A DNA stretch of 64,000 nt from Mobula hypostoma. Taxonomy: Eukaryota. The notes beneath the pieces are model-generated. The model did no database searches, was not told where the DNA came from, and was given only the letters and a program-made list of their open reading frames with translations. Position 1 is the first letter of the stretch; each line of letters opens with the position of its first letter. Shown here one piece after another: positions 37,726 through 51,118 of the stretch. The position numbers and the translations under genes were made by a program. The stretch covers positions 96,536,001 to 96,600,000 of the forward strand of contig NC_086108.1 of NCBI RefSeq assembly GCF_963921235.1, written 5' to 3'.

Positions 37726-39149
37726 TGTCGCCATTTCTGCCTTGCATCCTATATGCACGTAATCTGGCTGCTCTATTTCCTTAATTACTGCATTTCAATG
37801 TCCCAAAAAGTGCTTTGTGAAGGTAAGTGTATTTTCCCTTTAAGCATTGCAAGGCATTAAGGCATGCTGACAGAAGAGTTTGGAAAAATACTATTTTTAA
37901 AAATATGTATTGATTCACAGGATGTGGACATCACAGTGAAGCCATTTATTGCTCTGATCTGAGGGGGGAAATACAGTCAATCACACTGATAGATCTGGAG
38001 TTACTTAAAAGTTACATTAATAGGGATGGCAGATTTTTCATGAAGTACATTAGTGAGTCAGATGAGTTTTCACAATGAGGTGGTTTCATAGAGTCATTAT
38101 CCTGAGATCAGTATTTTTAAAATTCTGAATTAGTTCGGTCATCTCTCCAGAAAACCTATCAATTGCTTTAAAACAATGCCTTCTGGGTTTTGACTCCTTT
38201 GCCAAGTGGAATAGATGGCAAGAGTCTGAGAAACAGAAGTAGTGGTCAAAGTCAAAAGTTAATAGTTTGTTTGCACAAGTACTGTACATGAATGCACAGA
38301 TGCAATTAAATACTTACTTGCAACATATATGCAGTATTCACATGAAAATCATAAATATAAATTATACACAATTTTCACAGAAAGAAGACAATTATAGCAG
38401 AAAAAAAGTCAATTTTAGTGCAAAGGTGGTCATATTGTTGCTAAACTCCAGTGACAAGAATTTGCCAGTTGTTTCAAAACCCAAATGGTTGAAGGGAAAT
38501 AACGGCCTTGAACCTGAAGGTGTGAGACCTTTCTGCCTAAAGGTGATCATGAGGAGACGACGTGGCCTGACTGGTGGAAATCTTTGATGATGGATGTTGC
38601 GTTCTTGAAGCAGTGCTTCTTGTAGATACTACTGATGGTGGGGAGGGTTGTGCCCATGATGCATTGGGCAGAGTCCATTACTCTCTGCATCTTCCCATGC
38701 ATGTTCCAACACTCAATAAATCAAGGTAGATCTTCCACCACATTACCATTCCCTGCCCTATCAACCTATCCCTTCATTCCTCTAACATCCAGAAGTCAAT
38801 TCATCTCTTTTTCTTATGAACTTGATGACCAAGCCTCCCATCCCCTCCAGGGGTAGAGACTTCAAGAGATTCACCAGTTGAGTGAAGATTTTTTTTTCCC
38901 TTTACACCTAATTTTGTGACTGTGATGTTATGTTCAGACATCTCAGCCAAAGGAAACATCCTTCTTGTAATCTTCCCTGTGGAATCTTCTAAGCATTTTC
39001 ATCTCTCATCTCTCTAACCTCCAGCCTACAGGGAGCTAGCCTGTAGCCTGCTCAATCTCTCCTCATATTACAGACCTGCCATCTTAGAAACAAGTTTCCC
39101 CAGAGCAAATGTCTTTCACACCACTCACACCCTCGTTACATCGGTCACA

Positions 39150-39850
39150 CAGCAGTGCAAACTGCGAGCAGTTTCAAAATCCTGTTAGTGCATATCTCGC
39201 ACAACCTCTCATAGACCCAGGAAACATTATACACAATCAGGAAAGCTCACCAACACTTCGATCCGAGGAGGCTGAAGAGAGGTGGACTGTGCATATGTCA
39301 TTCTACAGATGCACAGTAGAGCGCATCCAACAAGCTGCATCATTGCATGGTATAGAATTGCGGCGGTCAGGAATGCTCTACAATGGGTAGTCAAAACTGC
39401 CCAACACATCACCAGCACTAGCCTCCCTGCCATCCAGGACATATATAGAAAGGTGCTGGAAAGGGGCCGGTAACATCATGAAGGATCCCACCTACCCTGC
39501 TTATGGGCTGTTTGTCCCACTCCCATCAGGAAGGAAGGCAAGGACCACCAGACTCAAAAGCAGTTACTTTCCCCAAGCAGTAAGGCTGATCAACACCTCC
39601 ACATATTAAGCCACCCCTCTACCCCCCCCACCACCACTTTATAATTTCCTGTCAGTCACCTAATGTACAGACGCTCATGTGCCTAGCGTCGCTTTATCAA
39701 CGTACAATGTATGTAAGCTATTTACATAATTATATTTATTATGTTTTTTATTATTATTGTGTTCTTTATCTTATTGTTTTTATTTGTACTGCATCCAATT
39801 TGGAGTAACAATTATTTTGTTCTCCTTCTCACTGTGTACTTCAAATGACT
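39150..39850 (+). mobile_element. Rex1/Babar LINE 3' fragment
   Basis: FYRCTVE, LQ.VVKTAQ.I motifs. Confidence 0.7.
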
Positions 39851-40799
39851 TCGAACAATTATCAATTTTTGAAGGAGAGAGTATAAGCATCATCAAAGGT
39901 CAAAGACCACACCCACCCCAAATATTCCTTCTTCTCCCCTTTTAAATCAAGCAAAAGCCCAAAAGCTTGTACCACCAGGATCAATCTCTTTAAACATCAA
40001 TATTTCCTGATCTCCATTTTAAAAAAAGTAACTACTTTTGTTTTCTTTTTACATAAATTGGATAACTTCACGTTTTTCCAGCTCAACTACATGCTCCTGA
40101 AGACTCCTTGAATTCTCGTTTGCTGTTTCATGTTCGCACTGAGTTTTATGTCATGAGCAAATCTGGAAATGTTACAGTTGGTCTCGTCAGCCAAATTATT
40201 GATAATAAGATTATGAAAAGTTGGAGCGAAAGCACAGATCCCTGTGGTACCCCACGAGTCACAGTCTACAACACCGAAAAGGTCATGTTTATTTGTTTTC
40301 CATCTGTTAAGTGGATTTTAAGCCAAGCTAATATATTACCCCCTTTCTTTTGTACTGTAATTTGTTCAGCAACCTCTTATCTGCAATCTATTTGAAAATT
40401 TTCCAATAGATTAGCCGCACATAATTTTACTTTCATAAATCCATGTTGATCTTGTACAATTATGTTATTATTTTCTAAGTGTCCAGATACCATATCTTTT
40501 ATACTAAATTCCAGTATTTTCCCATCTACCAATTTTATTGTTTCCCTCCTTTCCTACACTCATTTCTTAAATAGTGGGGTCATATACAGTAGTCTCCAAC
40601 CTACAGGAACTGTTCCAAAATTTGGTAGATGATAACCAATGCATCCCCTCACTCTATAGATATCACTCCTTTCAAAATTGTGGAATGTAGATAACCAAGT
40701 CTCTAGGATGTATAAGCTTTTAAATAATACTACCAGAAAAAATAATTGAGTTTTACTACTTTTTTCTTCCTTATTTGTTAGCAAACAGAAGATTCTGGT

Positions 40800-41500
40800 A
40801 GAGTGTATGCCCCTGTCTGAATCAATGGTTCTGAGGTGGAGTGGCTGAGTGCTTCAAGTTCCTTAGTTTAAATGCCATAAGCAATTTGTCCTGATCCAGT
40901 CATATGGAAACCATGACCAAGAAAGCACACTAGGACCTTTAACCAGAGGACTAGAGAAACTCAGCATGTCTCCAATAACCCTCATCAATTTTTACAGATG
41001 CACCACAGAAAGCTGGATGAATCACAGCTTGCTCTGCCCAAAACAGCACAAGAAATTGCAGAGAGTTGTGAATGTAGTGCAATCTATCATAAAAACCAGA
41101 CACCCCCCTGTGGACTCTGTCTACACTTCCTGTTGTCTTAGGAAAGCAACCATCATATTCAAAGACCCTTCTCACCCCCAATCCCCATCAGACAGAAGAT
41201 ACAAAAGCTTGAGAATAGATACTATCATACTCCAAAACAGTTCTAACCCCTTGTTATATGTCCCTTGAACAAATCTTTTGTATAATAAATATGAACTCTT
41301 GATCTTTCACTGGCCCTTGCACTTGCCCACTTGCACTGTACTTTTTCTGTAACTTAACACTATATCCTGCATTTAGCTTTTTTGTTCTATGTTTTGTAGT
41401 ACTTCGTTATACTGTGTATGGAATGATTTATGTGGATGGCACATAAACAAAAGCTTTTCACTGTATTCGGTACACATGACAATAATAAACCGATTACCAT
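40800..41500 (+). mobile_element. Rex1/Babar LINE 3' fragment
   Basis: NFYRCT.ES, KKLQRVV..VQ.I, gacaataataaac terminus. Confidence 0.7.
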
Positions 41501-42668
41501 CAGCCCTCTAGAAAGTGCACACATGTGAATGTTGGATGAGAATAGCATTTGGCTCAACTTTGCAGTTCCAAATTGAAAAATAGCTAGTTGGCTCTCTCCA
41601 ATTTCAAATATGGAAAAATACCAAATTGTGCAATCAATACCCATAGGACAGAAATGGAATTGGAAACTGGGAAAGTAGAAAAAAAGGTGGACTTTTAGAA
41701 ATGGAATCCTTTTGTCAGTGAGCAGGCAAAAACAATCAGGCAATCATTTCTCCCAACCATAGAAAATGTATTATTTTGAATAACAGATTGAAATTAGATC
41801 TTCAATAAACTGGACTGACACTTGAAGGAAAAAACACCTTTATTCACGCAATTATCTTTGCTGAAGTTAAATTTGAATAAGTTTTGATGCAATAATGTGA
41901 CTTTAATAGGACAAATATAATGATTAATTCATAAAATTAGTTTACATTTGTCAGCTTTATGTTTACAAGTAATTATTTGGACATTTACACACAAACACAC
42001 ACAAAAGAAATAGGCAGGGTCTTGAGCTCCCAGGTTTCCACCACCTACTGTTCTTCATTAAGTGCTGCAGAAAAGCAGCCTAGTCCACCAGTTCTTCAAG
42101 TGGAATAAGAATACTTCTGCAACTGACATAAATTAGCTATAATTAAGATTTGAGAATGTAGGAAAATATTTTACTCTTTACATGCAATTACGTAAGTAGG
42201 AAAATCACAGACTTTCATGCAAACTTAACAGTCATCATTTAATAGTAAAGGAGTATAATCTCAAGGTTTGACTACAAACTTTAGGAAACTTGCAAGACTA
42301 ATACATTCACCTGACAATGCTCTGTTTTTAAATGAGAAGCACCAATTCATTAAAACTAAACAAAATTATACCTCTGCTAAATTAGTAAAGGGGAATTTCA
42401 GGTGAACAATTTAGTTTTTGGTCAGTTGTATCTTGTGGTATTTGTCTTCTCATTTCAGCAATATAATACTTAAAATGATTTGATCCATTGACTAAATAAA
42501 ACACTAAGTTTAATTTGAGAAGTGACAATAAAAGCAGACTTTTTTTCTTTTAGCTTTTTCAAATTGTTTTCTAGATAGCACATGCCAGTGGTAATTAACA
42601 AATTTAAACCTGTTGTAATTTGTTGATAAAACAAAAACATACTTACAACTCCAAGTTTTCAGTGTATT

Positions 42669-42726
42669 CTAAAATATGCCATCAAAAATGCTAAGTAGAG
42701 CATCATATTCTTCTTCTGAAGCATAT
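42669..42726 (-). CDS. HFM1: HFM1 terminal coding exon
   Basis: tatgtatttcag|A TAT GCT...TTT TAG; encodes YASEEEYDALLSIFDGIF*, matching the recalled vertebrate HFM1 C-terminus LLGIFDGIF*. Confidence 0.92.
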
Positions 42727-42885
42727 CTGAAATACATAAAACCACAGTGAAACAAAATAATTTAATATACATAATAAAATAAATCTAACACTGTTTATCA
42801 TGCAATGTTCTAGATGTTCACAGATTTATTTCACTAACTGATTTCTGCTCGAGGGAGGACACATAGATGAAACACGTGCTCCTAC

Positions 42886-43046
42886 CTGGATTCTCTTGCA
42901 GTAGTTGTATTAATCTGATGAAAGCAGTCCAAGGGCCCACTATTTTTGGAGTACTTCAGTGCATTTGCCTTGGAAGATGCAGAACTTGTATCTTCCTCTA
43001 AACCCTGGTCAAGAGTTGTCTGGTCTATTATTTCACAGATTTTAGA
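42886..43046 (-). CDS. HFM1: HFM1 penultimate coding exon
   Basis: ttttatattgcag|...TCCAG|gtagga; 161 bp open, SKICEIIDQ...TTTARES(R), phase 0-2. Confidence 0.8.
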
Positions 43047-44793
43047 CTGCAATATAAAATTAACATTTTTGTAAACAATAAATTATGAGAAATTACTTTT
43101 ATTCTAATTAACCTTGTGTTTTAGAAGCCTCTGCATTTTGTAATTATTTAGCACAATACTATTAATTTCAGGAAAGTTATGGAAAAAGACAGAACAGGTC
43201 CATAAGTGGGGATAAAGCTAATATTGATGGCATTAGTCAGGAACTAGCTAAGGTTTCTTTGGAGTGCATAAAGATGGATAAATCTCTGTTGGAGCTTGAT
43301 GAACTTATTTCTGAGGAGTTTGTCAGGAGCAAGAGAAAAGATGTCTGGGGCCCTGAGAAACATTTTTGTATTTTTTTTTAGCCACAGATGAAGTACTAGA
43401 AGACTGGAAGACAACTGAAGTTATGCCTTTATCAAGAAGGGTTGCAAGAACTAGTCAGGGAACTAAAGGCCAGTGGTGAGAAAGTTACAAGAAGGGATTC
43501 TGAAGGATAGGATTTACGGATAGTCAGTATGGTTTGTTTTTGGGAGATAATGCCCCCTCCCCCAGCTGCCTATCACCTCCCTCATGGTTCCGCCTCCTTC
43601 TTCTACTACCCATTGTTTACTTGCCTATGACGTCACTGCCTCCCCTCCCCCACCCCTTTGTCTTTCAAATTACTGGTCTTTCATCTGAATATACAAGCAT
43701 TCTTCAAATCCTTCCCCCTCCTTCTTTGTTCAGTCCTGACAAAGGGTTCCAGCCCGAAACGTTGATTCATCGTTTCCACTGATGCTGCCCGACCTGCTGA
43801 GTTCCTCCAGCGTGCTGTGAGTGTTCCTTTATTGTACATCATTTATGTCAGTGATTTGGAGAATGTAGGTGCTATAATTAGTAAGTCTGCAGTTGACTTA
43901 CATTGGTGGTAGAGTGGAGAGCAAAGATGTTTGTCTAAGGTTACAATAGGATCAAGGTCAACCAGGAAAATAGACGAAGGAATGGCAAATAGAATTTAAC
44001 TCAGGCAAATAAGAAGTTTAACCAGATCATAAAATATACAGGGAATAGCAGGGCCCTCAACAATTAGAAGTTTACATGTCATTGATATCTTGTTAAGTTT
44101 TTTCAATGTACTTTTCCACACACTAACACTATTTGCTACTGATACTGCACAATTCTGTTCTAATGTGTAAAGAATGTATTCATGTGAAGATTATTTCCAT
44201 ATTATAGTCATAGAAGCTTTGAACAGGCTAACATTCTAATAAAATAGTAAGAGGTGAATTAAATGTTTGTAAAATCTAAAATTGTGAGTAAATTGATACT
44301 GTAGTATCAAGTAATTTAGCTTTTGTTAAAGTGACCAGTTAGTTGCTGCAGACAGCAACACTGCTCAAATCACTAATTCTCAAAGCGAAGTTATTATCTA
44401 TATTAAAAATGAGTGGGAGGGAGGTAGGGTAAGGAGGAAGGCTGAGTTGGGAATTATCAATAGACTTTGATCAGAATTACTGAATCTACTAAAAACTTAA
44501 TTTCAAATCAGATACCATTTTCTTATTATTTTATCATGTTTGATGATATATATATTTTTAAAAACTTATGCAAGCATAAGTATAAATTCAACAATGAATA
44601 AACAGCAACCTTTTTCTTTGTTCCCAAAATGGGATGCACCAATACTATGGCAAGATAGTTCATCAAGAAATGAAAAAGACACCATCATTCATAATGGCAA
44701 ATTTGAGTGACATTTGGGATTCAAGCTACAATCTCGGCTGGAGAAAATGAAATGCTGTTAAACATGATTAATCTATTTTAAATTATAACTTAC

Positions 44794-44860
44794 TGTTTCT
44801 TGAACTGTTGAGTTAATTGATAAATAGCAAGGTTTTTCCATTGTTTGTAGGTGTCCATGC
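44794..44860 (-). CDS. HFM1: HFM1 coding exon (predicted from splice sites and phase)
   Basis: gatgcttttag|...AACA|gtaagt; encodes HGHLQTMEKPCYLSINSTVQET, phase 2-0, completes the frame. Confidence 0.7.
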
Positions 44861-45074
44861 CTAAAAGCATCAATGACAAATATATTTAAAATATATTTAG
44901 ACAAATATATTTTGATATACACTGGAAGTAACAAATTTTGATAATACATTTGATGCAAATCTGCATGTGCTGGAAATCTGAAAGAACACCATAAAATGTC
45001 AGAAATAGTCAGCAGGTTAGACAACATGTGTGTGGAGTGAGAAACAGAAACAACATGAAAAAGTAAAAAACAGG

Positions 45075-45650
45075 CAATACACATCAAAGTTGCTGGTGAA
45101 CGCAGCAGGCCAGGCAGCATCTCTAGGAAGAGGTACAGTCGACGTTTCGGGCCGAGACCCTTCATCAGGACTAACTGAAAGAAGAGCTAGTAAGAGATTT
45201 GAAAGTGGGAGAGGGAGGGGGAGATCCAAAATGATAGGAGAAGACAGGAGGGGGAGGGATGGAGCCAAGAGCTGGACGGGTGATTGGCAAAAGAGATAAG
45301 AGAGGATCATGGGACAGGAGGCCCAGGGAGAAGGAAAAGGGGTGGGGGGGAACCCAGAGGATGGGCAAGGGGTATAGTGAGAGGGACGGAGGGAGAAAAA
45401 GGAAAGAGAGAAAAAGAATGTGTGTATATAAATAAATAACGGATGGGGTACGAGGGGTAGGTGGGGCATTAGCAGAAGTTAGAGAAGTCAATGTTCACGC
45501 CATCAGGTTGAAGGCCAGCCAGACGGAATATAAGGTGTTGTTCCTCCAACCTGAGTGTGGCTTCATCTTTACAGTAGAGGAGGCTGTGGATAGACATATC
45601 ACAATAGGAATGGGATGTGGAATTAAAATGTGTGGCCACTGGGAGATCCC
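45075..45650 (-). mobile_element. Penelope-like element 3' end (GIY-YIG tail, UTR and hammerhead) in an HFM1 intron
   Basis: DLPVATHFNSTSHS...RLEEQHLIFRL..LQPDG.NIDFSNF; complete hammerhead core. Confidence 0.88.
45136..45172 (-). ncRNA. Minimal type I hammerhead ribozyme motif (best copy)
   Basis: AGUC-CUGAUGA-A-GGG-UCUCGG-CCC-GAAA-CGUC^GACUG; stem I AGUC/GACU, stem II GGG/CCC, palindromic ACGU in place of helix III. Confidence 0.75.
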
Positions 45651-48410
45651 AGAGTGTTTTACATTGCCAAAGAGCCATCAAATGCTGTTCATATGACAAG
45701 CCTTTCAATCCTGGAATCATTTTCGTGAACCTCCTTTGAACCCTTTCCAATGTCATCACAAACTTTCTTAGATAAAGAGTCCAAAACTACAGCAGAGGAT
45801 CTAAATACAGATTGCATGACCACTTTGCTGAACACCTCCAATCAGTTTGAGGGTGACTCTGAAACTACAAATCCACATTAATTACCCACTCTGAGCTCTG
45901 TGCTAAAAGCCCCAAGCAAAGTTGAGACAAAGCCCAAGGTAAGTTTAAGGAACAGCACCTCATTTTTTGTCTGGACAAAATTAAGTCACCAGCAGTCAAA
46001 GTGGAATTCAGGAATTTTAGACAGCCAGCATTTGTGTTCAATCTACCCTCCCTTTCTCTGCAACTTAACACATACTTGATTTCCAGTATTGATGAAAGGT
46101 ACTTGAACTAAAACATTGACTCTTTCTCTCTCCATTGCCTGAAATAATTAGTATTTCCATTGCTTGTTTCAAAACACTGTAATTAAAACAGGATTATAGG
46201 ATTATTTCAAATAAAAGGGCACAATGCACTCCCAAATTAGCTTGGAGCAGCTTTTTTAAATCTCTTATACAAATATACTCTCAATAAGGTATTTTGAAAT
46301 CTTGTTTTTCAAGATCAGGCTCACTGCAGCAAATTCAAGGACAAAAGGATCTACATTCCATTCAGGGAAGTTTATGTAAAATGATATTGTTAACTATGCA
46401 CTTATTTAAGGAAGACATCAATTCTCTCATTTCAAATTCTGGTGATTGAAAGAAATTCTGACCTGCCTCTTTCTTTTCCAGTCCAGATGAAGCATTTCAG
46501 CCTGAACTATAGTGTGTTTATTTCCCTCCAGAGATGCTGCCTGACCTGTTGGACTTCTCTTGCATATTTGTGCGTGTTGCTCCCGAAAAAAAACTTATTT
46601 TTTAAACCTTATAGCATTCTGCAAACTGGACTAACAATTCAAGTTGGGTATGTAAACATGAACCTAGTTAATCAACCAGTGATACATCCTTTTCATTCAT
46701 ACAACAGGAGTTCAAATCCCACCATAATAGTTTGAGAATTGCAAGTCAGATGAAAAGATAAATCTAGAAATAAAAAAACTAACGTCAGCAAACATGAACC
46801 TAAAACCAATAGACTGGTATTACAACCTGATGGTTTGACTGCTCTCCTTGGGAATATACTGTAAATCTGCAGTCTTTGGTCAGGATGGTTACCTCATTCT
46901 GGACAAACAGAGGCAGGATATAGTTATTTGCCAATGAGACAAGAATATTCTTGAGACCCATCTCAAGATTAAGTGGTCCTGATGAGGAACTTATCTGATG
47001 GGTCCAATTTTGCTCCTATGCCTTACGGTGTTATGATTTTAGAAGCTGAGAGTTGTGCTCACTTGAATTAAAAGTACTTATTTGCCTTTAATCGTATTTT
47101 AATTTTTCAAAAATATATTTTTGTATTTTATATTATTTTTTCTATGTTTGTCCCATTATTTTAGCAAGTTTGTGAATGTCAGTCAATCACATGCATTTAA
47201 TTTAAGCATCAGCTTTGAATCTGGGGCCTCACCAGCAGTCAAAACCATTCTGGTGCCTTTGCTGGACCTCTCAGATTGTGTAATGTGGCTCCAGCCACAG
47301 TGTTACACTGAGGTATTCCAGCCTAATACTATGACTGGATCTACGCTACACAAAAGGCTTGCTGGTCAGAAAGAGATTCTTCCTATTATGTTTCGCTTCT
47401 TATATAAATCAAGATTAAAAATAACCCCGGGCTAACAGTGAACTTCTTGAATCACAACAAAAATTGTGATCTGCAATCTGCAACTAAAACTAGTTTTTGA
47501 CCTAACTATTTAACACTAAACTCTTTTAAACTCGCTGCATTGTTATTTTACAGCGTATAGACTTATTCTATAGGAATACAACACAAATACTGATTTTAAT
47601 ACATCATTCTAGTAACAGAAATCGCAAGAAATGCAATTGTTTATTTTTTTATTGCTTTCAAGGATCACTAGAAGTCCAGGATTTAATGTCCATCCCTAAT
47701 TGCTCTTCAGCTTTGAGGCTTGTTTGGATAACTCAGAAGGTATTTAAGAATCACTTTATTGTGAGTCTGAAGCTGACAGAGAGGCCAGAATTGGCAAAGG
47801 ATTCAGTAATTGGCATTTAGTATTGGTATTTACTGATTCAGTAATCTGGTATTTAGCAGTTACCATTAGTGAGGCAGACTTTTTATTTTGTATGAACTAA
47901 TTGGCTGTGTTGTGGTGGGATTCAACTCATGTCCATTAGTCTAAGCTTCTGAATTGTTTGTCCAGTAAATTACACATCACCATTATCCTACATTCAATAG
48001 GTAATAAACATTGACAGAACTTTTGCTGTTGTCTTTTGATGAATACAGAATATTCAATTAAGTTTTATGCCTGTCTTTCAATAGCATTGACACCTCCTCT
48101 TCCCTTTTGAGCTATTTTCTTCAGGGCTCAGAGAGAGAGAAGCCTGGCCACCAGTAAAACTCTGACAATCCCACTATCCAAATATTTGGAAATCCCCACG
48201 CTTCAGCATCTTGTTACCTGGGTGATATTTGCTTGCTTTCAACTACCTGGAGTCCCAGTTCCCACGTGTCCTTTGCAACTCACCAGGGCTCTGGTTCTTA
48301 CACACCCTTGAAACTTAGCTGGTACACTGGAAATTTATTCCAACATCATGTATCACTTAAATAGAAATTCAATTGTCTGGGACATCTGAAAAGTCCCAAA
48401 CATGGTGCAT

Positions 48411-48761
48411 CACACACAAAATGCTGGTGGAACGCAGCAGGCCAGGCAGCATCTATAGGAAGAAGTACAGTCAATGTTTCGGGCCGAGACCCTTCATCAG
48501 GACTAACTGAAAGAAGAGATGGTAAGAGATTTGAAAGTGGGAGGGGGACGGGGAGATCTGAAATGATAGGAGAAGACAGGAGGGAGAGGGAAGAAGCTAA
48601 GAGCTGGAAAGCTGATTGGCAAAAGGGATACAGAGTTGAAGAAGGGAAGGATCATGAGACAGGAGGCCTAGGGAGAAAGAAAGGGGGAGGGGAGCCCAGA
48701 GGAAGATGGAGAGCAGGCAAGGAGTGATTGTGAGAGGGACAGAGAGAAAAAAAGGGGTAGG
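48411..48761 (-). mobile_element. Penelope-derived non-coding insertion with hammerhead core (48468-48504)
   Basis: 13-bp TSD AAACATGGTGCAT (48398-48410, 48762-48774); CTGATGA...GAAA-CATT core. Confidence 0.88.
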
Positions 48762-49040
48762 AAACATGGTGCATTATGGGATTTTTACCGACTGAATCTG
48801 CAGTTTGCTGATTTCTTGTCGACAAGGGACATACCTCAAAATGGATCACCTTTCTATTGCTACTACTGTCCAGCCTCTTCAGTCTGCTGTGCAGCTCCAC
48901 CATGTAAATACTTAGATCAGAAGAAGGGAGATTAAATCTGATGCAGATGTGTAAAGCATTCATCCAAGAATGCCATTGTTATTTGTACACATCGGAAAAC
49001 TAGACAACTAATCAACAGGCTTTTACTTGGTAAATCTTAC

Positions 49041-49119
49041 CTATTATGTTTACTGTTTACTGTTTGGTTCTGCAGTTGGTTGTATTCTGTAAAATCTGCA
49101 TATGTACTAAAGGAAGAAT
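49041..49119 (-). CDS. HFM1: HFM1 coding exon (predicted from splice sites and phase)
   Basis: tattatttatatag|...AATAG|gtaaga; encodes DSSFSTYADFTEYNQLQNQTVNSKHN(R), phase 1-2, fits the frame; no recognised conserved motif. Confidence 0.65.
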
Positions 49120-50444
49120 CTATATAAATAATATAAAGATATTACTATACATTCAATTGACCACAGCTAAAAGGCTTTATTACTCTGAACACAAAGTATA
49201 GAATGACTATTATTTAAGCAATATTTAGACATTTAAGCAATATGTACTGTTCAAGAAGACTTAACATGGTAGTGACACTTACACATGGCTCAGGATGAAA
49301 TGAAAATCTTAAAGATGACTACTTTATAAGCAATCCTTGAATTTCAAACAATCGGTTTATGTTTTTTTAACCCTATAGCTCCATTGACTCCTTAGGATAC
49401 ATTTCTTCTATTTACAAATTTATTTTTTTTTACTGTGCACCATTCTCTGCCAGGATGAATACACATTGAGAAGGTTGAAAGCTTTGAGCTCCCAGGAATG
49501 CACAGACTTCAAACTCATAGGACATTGCCAGATTCTTTCCCACGAGAAATGATGGCTGTGAGTTGAATATGCCACCATCAGGAGATTTCTCAATTTTGTT
49601 ACATTGCTAAGGTTGGTGTAATTAATGCCCTTTACCTTCATTCTACTACTGGCAAGGTCTTTCCCTTCCCTTTTTTGCTCACTTAAAATTTATTTGATTT
49701 CTGATTTTTCTTACAACCAGGTGCTCCTGGTAGTAAGTTATCAGGAAGTTACTTGTGAAGACAATGAATGCCCCAATTTGGGAGAAGACTGCAATGAACA
49801 GATAGATAATGTTCTCCCTAATTTTGTGGTGATTATAAAACTCTGAGACGTGGCATAAATCAGCTTAAAAGGGCTTGGTTGGGGAAGTGGAGTCAGAGTG
49901 AGTTTGACCTGCATGCAATCTAGGCAGATGTGTGAGCTTCCATAAACAACATGGTTAGATTTGAGTGAGGATTATCTTGTGGTAGTGTAGCCAGCAAAAA
50001 TGTTGCTCCTCCAAGACAGCTGGGTGGAAAATGATTTGTGAACTGATGGTTTGTGTTTCCATCAAAGAGGTCCACACACGGTGCCTGCAAAGTATATTTT
50101 GGAGCACCATGAATAGGAATTTTAAATCCAGATAAATGGGGATTACAAGGTGGTATTGGTTGCAGCAAAATCTTAAAGATGCAAGGAAGGACCGATGATC
50201 AGTGTGATAAGTGTACAATGATCATGAATATACAGCAATGTGATTATGAATACAAGTTCAGTGTGAATTGGCCCTCAAATAATGTTATTTTTCAATCTCA
50301 ATATTAGGAAAAGATTGTTCTTCCATGACTGAGCAGTGATTATCAATTTTCAAACCAACATATTTGAAAATCATACTGATCCTGATTTTTGTGTGTCATA
50401 CCGCTGTTGACATGATTTAGGCATTTTGACAGTATAAAAACATA

Positions 50445-50955
50445 AGAACACAAAAACATAAGAAACAGAAGCAGGAGTAGGCCATCTGGCCCGTCAAGCC
50501 TGCTCTGCCATTCAATAAGATCATGCGATCTGACCATGGACTCATCTCCACCTACCCGCCTTTTCCCCATAACCCTTAATTCCCCTACTGTGCAAAAATC
50601 TATCCAACCTTGCCTTAAATATATTTACTGAGGTAGCCTCCACTGCTTCAGAGGGCAGAGAAGTCCACAGATTCACCACTCTCTGGGAAAAGCAGTTGCT
50701 CCTTACCTCCGTCCTAAATTTATTCCCCCCAAATCTTGAGGCTATGTCACCTAGTTCTAGTCTCACCTACCACTGGAAACAACTTTCTTGCCTCTATCTT
50801 ATCTATCCTTTTCATAATTTTGTATGTTTCTATAAGACCTCCTCCCATTTTTCTGAATTCCAATGAGTACAGTCCCAGGTGATTCAATCTCTCCTCATAG
50901 TCTAATCCCCTCATCTCTGGAATCAACCTGGTGAATCTCCTCTGCAGTACCTCCA
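50445..50955 (-). mobile_element. CR1 LINE 3' fragment
   Basis: QRRFTRLIPEMRGL.YEERL, CFSQRVVNLW, (ttcttatg)n-like tail. Confidence 0.85.
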
Positions 50956-51118
50956 AACAGGGCAAGTGAACAGTAAATCTCACCTAAATGGTACTGACTG
51001 GTGTCAAGAAACTCAACAATTGTATAAAATTGCTTCATTCTAAAATAACTGTATTATCAACCACAATATACAATTCTTTTGGCCGTTGCACAGTCAAATT
51101 TCTGTGTTATATTATTAC

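Noticed and set aside
41800..42668. Precise HFM1 polyadenylation site
   Set aside because: Several candidate hexamers on the minus strand (ATTAAA near 42510 and 42240, AATAAA near 41840) in AT-rich DNA; cannot choose without 3'-end data.
2333..48761. Recurring palindromic repeats as a CRISPR array or tRNA/rRNA genes
   Set aside because: Dispersed, not regularly spaced, eukaryotic context and no cas genes; SINE heads do not fold into complete tRNAs and no rRNA sequence was recognised.
47121..50218. Short ORFs in apparently unique intronic DNA (47121-47435, 49420-49846, 49920-50218) as a nested gene
   Set aside because: No consistent splice or phase chain and no recognisable domains; probably very old repeat remnants.
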